A stretch of 64,000 nt of DNA from Glaciecola sp. (GTDB taxonomy: Bacteria; Pseudomonadota; Alphaproteobacteria; Caulobacterales; Parvularculaceae), in assembly GCA_964219355.1 (NCBI GenBank), contig CAXPOZ010000003.1, positions 219,678-283,677 on the forward strand. The letters are read 5' to 3'. A model generated the notes under the pieces. That model ran no database searches, was not told the DNA's origin, and saw only the letters and a list, made by a program, of their open reading frames with translations. Below are positions 59,814-64,000 of the stretch, in pieces (within the stretch, counting starts at the first letter, position 1; each line of letters opens with the position of its first letter). A program made the position numbers and the translations under genes.

Positions 59814-61799
59814 TCAGAGGGTCAGCGCGACGAGGCGATGCGGCATCTTCCGGAATCCCATGCCGCAGACAATAAATTGCCGCCCATCAATGGCATACGT
59901 CATTGGTGGGCCATGGGTGTTGTCGGGCAGGCTGACCTCTCCCATCACTTCGCCGGAAGCTTTGTCATAGGCACGAAGGACTTTACTCGCGAATGGATGA
60001 TGCGGCCCCTCTCCCATGATCAGTGCCGTCCGTGTCAGGAGCGGTCCTGTTCGCGCCGTCGTCCCCAGCCAGCCTGTCTTGAACGCCCTGTATTTAGGAT
60101 GATCCATCCCTCCTGGTCCGTTGGGCCGCGACCAGTCGATCTCTCCGCGATTGAGGTCAATGGCGGTGATCTTGCCGTAAGGAGGTTTCAGAATGGGATA
60201 GCCGCGTGGTCCGTGGACGACCGTTGTCCGCCCCGCAATCTCATGATTGCCTTCCTCTACGTCGATACGCTCCCCTGACTGATCAATCGCCATGGCAACG
60301 GGGACGGAAATGGAAGGCACAAAGAGCCTTCCCGCTTCAGGATCGACAGCAGCGCCCCACCAATTTGCGCCGCCGACCCAGCTTGGGAACACTGTCGTCA
60401 GCTTCTCCCCAAGCGGCGTGTAGAGCGGGCCGATATGATAATTGTCCAGCAGCGCCTCGGCTTTGGCCCGCAATTCGGGCGTGAAATCTATCAGCTCATC
60501 ACGAAAGTCGCCCTGCCGCTCAAAAGCTGGTGGCTTGGTCGGATAGGGCTGAGTGGGTGAAGCTCGCTCTGCACGGATCGTCGAGGCTGGCACCTCTCGT
60601 TCTTCGATTGGCCAGACCGGTTCACCTGTCCGGCGATCAAAGGTAAAGCAGTAGCCTTGTTTAGTGACTTGCGCGATGGCTGGAATCTTCCGTCCCTCGA
60701 CGCTGATATCAATCAAGTTCGGCGCACACGGAAGGTCATAATCCCAGAGGTCGTGATGGACGATCTGGAAATGCCAGATCCTATTCCCTGTCTCGGCATC
60801 AAGCGCAACCAACGAATTGCCGTAAAGATTGTCTCCGGGCCGCTCCCCGCCAAAGAAATTATTCGTGGGACAGCTTGTTGGAATATAGACTATGCCGCGC
60901 ACATCATCGGCACTCATCGGAGCCCAGACATTCGCATTGCCAGCACGCAAAGCCGAGCCATCCTCCCAGCTTTCAAAGCCGGGATCTCCTCTTCGCGGGA
61001 TGACATGGAACACCCATTTAAGCTCGCCGGTGCGCACATCAAAGGCGCGAACGTCGCCAGCCGGCATCGGCGTCTGGACAACCTGATCATTGATATACTG
61101 ACCAACGACGACCGTCTCGCCGCAAATCAGCGGCGGTGAGGTTGTTCCAAACAGCGTCGAGGGGGCCTCCCCCAGTGGCTCGCGCAGGCCCACCGTGCCA
61201 AGATCAATCTCGCCGCCTTCTCCAAAGGGGTTGACCGGCTGACCCGTTACAGCATCAAGAGCGATCAGGCGGTTATCGCCGGTGGCAATAAAAACCCTCC
61301 CCTGCTCACCATCAGACCAATAGGCGACCCCGCGGTGCTGAAAGCCCTTACTGGTCGATAATCCCTTTTTCCACGTGCCCGGATCATAAACCCAAAGGGT
61401 CTGGCCTGTCTCGGGGTCGATGGCGCAGACCTGCGACATGGCGGTCGACGTAAAAAGCCGTCCATCCACCATGATCGGCGTCGCCTGAAATTCGCCAGGC
61501 CGGAGTTCGGGATTTTCTGCAAGGATCGCTTCATCAGGAGAGCGCCACTCCCAGGCGATTTTCAGCTCGCTGAAATTGCCACCATCGATCTGGTCGAGCG
61601 CCGAATATTTCGTGGCTGCATTACTGGCGCCATAGACCGGCCATTCATCCGCCGACTTATTTGGAGAGGAGAAGATCCCTATTCGGCCCGACCGCCACGC
61701 ACATCCCGAGACGAGCAGGCCAGAGACACCGCCCATCAACGTCCGGCGGCATAGTTGCCAGTTTCTTGGTCTCATCCTGAATGGTTCAGACCCGGACAT
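59814..61799 (-). CDS. PQQ-dependent dehydrogenase (glucose/quinate-like, no N-terminal TM domain), Tat lipoprotein
   Basis: EWPVYG...KYSALDQI, FQATPIMVDG, HRGVAYW, LYGNSLVALDAETG, HHDLWDYD, PMTY; RRTLM plus VSGC. Confidence 0.92.
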   Translation of the reverse strand: MSGSEPFRMRPRNWQLCRRTLMGGVSGLLVSGCAWRSGRIGIFSSPNKSADEWPVYGASNAATKYSALDQIDGGNFSELKIAWEWRSPDEAILAENPELRPGEFQATPIMVDGRLFTSTAMSQVCAIDPETGQTLWVYDPGTWKKGLSTSKGFQHRGVAYWSDGEQGRVFIATGDNRLIALDAVTGQPVNPFGEGGEIDLGTVGLREPLGEAPSTLFGTTSPPLICGETVVVGQYINDQVVQTPMPAGDVRAFDVRTGELKWVFHVIPRRGDPGFESWEDGSALRAGNANVWAPMSADDVRGIVYIPTSCPTNNFFGGERPGDNLYGNSLVALDAETGNRIWHFQIVHHDLWDYDLPCAPNLIDISVEGRKIPAIAQVTKQGYCFTFDRRTGEPVWPIEEREVPASTIRAERASPTQPYPTKPPAFERQGDFRDELIDFTPELRAKAEALLDNYHIGPLYTPLGEKLTTVFPSWVGGANWWGAAVDPEAGRLFVPSISVPVAMAIDQSGERIDVEEGNHEIAGRTTVVHGPRGYPILKPPYGKITAIDLNRGEIDWSRPNGPGGMDHPKYRAFKTGWLGTTARTGPLLTRTALIMGEGPHHPFASKVLRAYDKASGEVMGEVSLPDNTHGPPMTYAIDGRQFIVCGMGFRKMPHRLVALTL

Positions 61800-61811
61800 A
61801 TCTCCCTCCGG

Positions 61812-63533
61812 CTAAGAGAAGAATTCATCGAACTGACTGTTCGCAGAACCCCGCAATTCGTTTTTCAGCAATTTCCCCGCAGCATTGCGTGGTAGCGGCT
61901 TACCTGTGAACTCGATGACGCTCGGGATCTTGAAATGGGAAAGCGCGCCACCGACCCATTCCTGAAGGACTGTTTCGTTGACCGTACCTTCCCGTTTCAA
62001 GCGGACAATGGCTCGCACTTCCTCACCGTAGAGATCACTCGACATGGCGACGACAGCGACTTCATTCACCTCCGGGTGGCTTTCGATGCAATGCTCGACC
62101 TCCTCTGCAGAAATGTTCTCCCCGCCCCGGATGATGATGTCTTTCTTGCGACCCAAAAGGTAGAGAAACCCTTCCGTATCGAGACGGCCAACATCCCCTG
62201 TGCGAAGCCAGCCCTCTGGAGATATCATCTTTGCTGTCTCTTCGGGATCGTTCCAGTAACCGGACATGACGAAAGGCCCGCGCACCTGCACCTCCCCCTT
62301 TTCCCCAACCGGTAGCTCATCCTCGTATTCATCGACGATCCGGATGTCCGCTGTGGCGAAGGCGCGGCCAACCGACCCCGGATGATTTTCAAGATCGATG
62401 CCCGTATTCATCGCGATGATGCCGCTAGTCTCAGTCAAGCCGTAAGCATTACTGACGGCACCGAGAGAGGGAAAAAGCGCTTGCGCACGCTCACGCAAAT
62501 TGGGATGCGAGGGCGCAGCTCCATAGCCGAGGGTTGTCAGGGTTGAGAGGTCGAGCCCCTGTCGATTACCCAACAAGCAGACCTTATGAACCATCGCCGG
62601 TACAGCAGACCATCTGGTTATCTTTTCACCTGCAATCACCCGCAGCGTCTCGGAGGCATCAAATCGGCCGTGCGGGATGACAATCGTTTGTCCCCCAATC
62701 AATCCGCCAAGAACCGCGCCTTGCCCGCCGCCGACATGGAAGAAAGGCAGGCTTGCCAACAGTTTTACCTTACTTGTCGCCGTATTCAGATGTGGCGCGC
62801 GCGCAAGCTCGACCGCCGTTGTCAGGGCAATATTCATGCTCGCAGCTATCCAGGCCCCGTGACTGATGACCGCCGCTTTGGCCCTGCCCGTCGTCCCGCT
62901 AGTGAACATCATGGATGCAGGATGATGCTCATCGAGCTCGGGCAGAGTGGTGAGCGGTTCAGCAAGGAGCGCTGAAAGCGGCCGCGCCATACCACCGAAT
63001 TCGTCTCCTTCCTCATCCCACATGAAAAGCCGTCCCCGGATTTCCTGCACAATTTCTGCTGGCATTTTGCCGATGCGCTTTTGATCGCCGATCAGGATGC
63101 TGGCACCGGTGAGTTGAAGGCCATGTGAAAGTTCCGCCCCGCGCCACCAGCCATTGAGGGCAACTGGCGTCATCCCGGCGAGCAACGCCGCCCAGAAACT
63201 TGCGATCCAGTCTGGGTGATTGGCACCAAGGATTGCAACGCGATCACCGATTTCTCCGATAGCTGACAAACCGCTCGCCAATCGCCTGATACGATCTGCA
63301 AATTCTACATAGCTGATACGCTCATCACCAAAGATGATGCATTCCTGATCGCCATATGCCTCAATGCGCGGGAAGAGCTGGCCAAGATTTTGCGGCCGCT
63401 GCGCAAACCGACGGACCTGACCCGGTACTGCTTCCTCCAGCTCAAACGGGCTGCCCGGAGCTGTCATCTGCGCGATGAGATCCGAATAGCTGGCGGTGCC
63501 GGAGGTCATTTTTTGCGCGGTCATATCCTGCAT
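61812..63533 (-). CDS. Class I adenylate-forming enzyme / acyl-CoA synthetase
   Basis: FTSGTTGRAK, YGLTETSG, WLRTGDVG, GRKKDIIIRGGENI, RNAAGKLLK. Confidence 0.93.
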   Translation of the reverse strand: MQDMTAQKMTSGTASYSDLIAQMTAPGSPFELEEAVPGQVRRFAQRPQNLGQLFPRIEAYGDQECIIFGDERISYVEFADRIRRLASGLSAIGEIGDRVAILGANHPDWIASFWAALLAGMTPVALNGWWRGAELSHGLQLTGASILIGDQKRIGKMPAEIVQEIRGRLFMWDEEGDEFGGMARPLSALLAEPLTTLPELDEHHPASMMFTSGTTGRAKAAVISHGAWIAASMNIALTTAVELARAPHLNTATSKVKLLASLPFFHVGGGQGAVLGGLIGGQTIVIPHGRFDASETLRVIAGEKITRWSAVPAMVHKVCLLGNRQGLDLSTLTTLGYGAAPSHPNLRERAQALFPSLGAVSNAYGLTETSGIIAMNTGIDLENHPGSVGRAFATADIRIVDEYEDELPVGEKGEVQVRGPFVMSGYWNDPEETAKMISPEGWLRTGDVGRLDTEGFLYLLGRKKDIIIRGGENISAEEVEHCIESHPEVNEVAVVAMSSDLYGEEVRAIVRLKREGTVNETVLQEWVGGALSHFKIPSVIEFTGKPLPRNAAGKLLKNELRGSANSQFDEFFS

Positions 63534-63692
63534 GAATTCGTCCGATATTTGAATAGTCAGGTGAAACTATGCTTCTCACCAGACTGGCCCGCGGTCGGGA
63601 AAAAAGATGACCAGTGAGGAGAGAAATTCCTTCGCCTGGAGGAAATAAGCGCTCAGATTTCCGCAACTGGTCATCGAGTTTTGAGCATCAAA

Positions 63693-63739
63693 GGGCAGGC
63701 TTCTGACCCGGAGGGGCAACTTCCCGGTCATGCCTGCCC
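63693..63739. other. GC-rich stem-loop immediately after the TonB-dependent receptor stop
   Basis: GGGCAGGC...TGACC(C)GG / CCGGTCA...GCCTGCCC nested inverted repeat; no U-tract. Confidence 0.6.
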
Positions 63740-63745
63740 CCAAGA

Positions 63746-64000
63746 TTACCAGTCTACCGTCAGCGTAACGCCATAGAGACTGGGAGTATTGTGATACTCA
63801 TTATTGTTGACATTGACGAGGAGATATTCCTCATCCGTGACATTCTTTCCGTAGACGGTCAGACGCCAGTCATCCGCATCGACACCAAGAGAGAAATCCA
63901 GGATTTCAAAGCTCTCCGAACGCCGCGTGTGGCTGGCATTGTCAAAGCCGCCGCCTTCGGCCTGCAGACCGACAGAGATCAGCCCGTCAATGTTCTCGCT
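63746..64000 (-). CDS. TonB-dependent receptor, C-terminal 84 aa (5' part outside the window)
   Basis: Manual translation: ...ILDFSLGVDADDWRLTVYGKNVTDEEYL...PSLYGVTLTVDW*; xNxxDxxY motif and terminal amphipathic strand ending in W. Confidence 0.88.
   Translation of the reverse strand, partial: SENIDGLISVGLQAEGGGFDNASHTRRSESFEILDFSLGVDADDWRLTVYGKNVTDEEYLLVNVNNNEYHNTPSLYGVTLTVDW

Overview
Chromosomal segment of a high-GC alphaproteobacterium; gene content and sequence style suggest a Parvularcula/Caulobacterales-like marine lineage (inference). All family calls come from recalled motifs, and no database was searched. Bases 1-56121 are mostly core genome: rplA/rplK, alaS, an iscR-nifS-sufBCDS-sufT-sufA Fe-S operon, phoH, an orphan parA plus ribbon-helix-helix partner, mgtE, nuoJKLMN-birA-coaX-rnj, recA with two SOS boxes, glpK, cobT, rpmB, a LysM/M23 peptidase, rnr, a TRAP transporter, maiA and tRNA-Thr(UGU). 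After the tRNA (56122-64000) is a visibly more AT-rich accessory block. It holds a LysR regulator divergent from a translationally coupled GNAT-fold/GNAT/small-protein operon, and a TonB-dependent receptor (partial, missing from the ORF track), acyl-CoA ligase, Tat-lipoprotein PQQ dehydrogenase and tandem-EthD operon. Best candidates for undescribed systems: (1) the LysR/double-GNAT module, possibly an acyl-signal circuit fed by the neighbouring import/CoA-activation operon; (2) a suf operon interleaved with seven coupled non-suf ORFs, mostly exported, including a periplasmic DUF442-type sulfurtransferase; (3) a chromosomal ParF/ParG-like pair whose ATPase tail resembles a c-di-GMP-binding arginine-rich motif.
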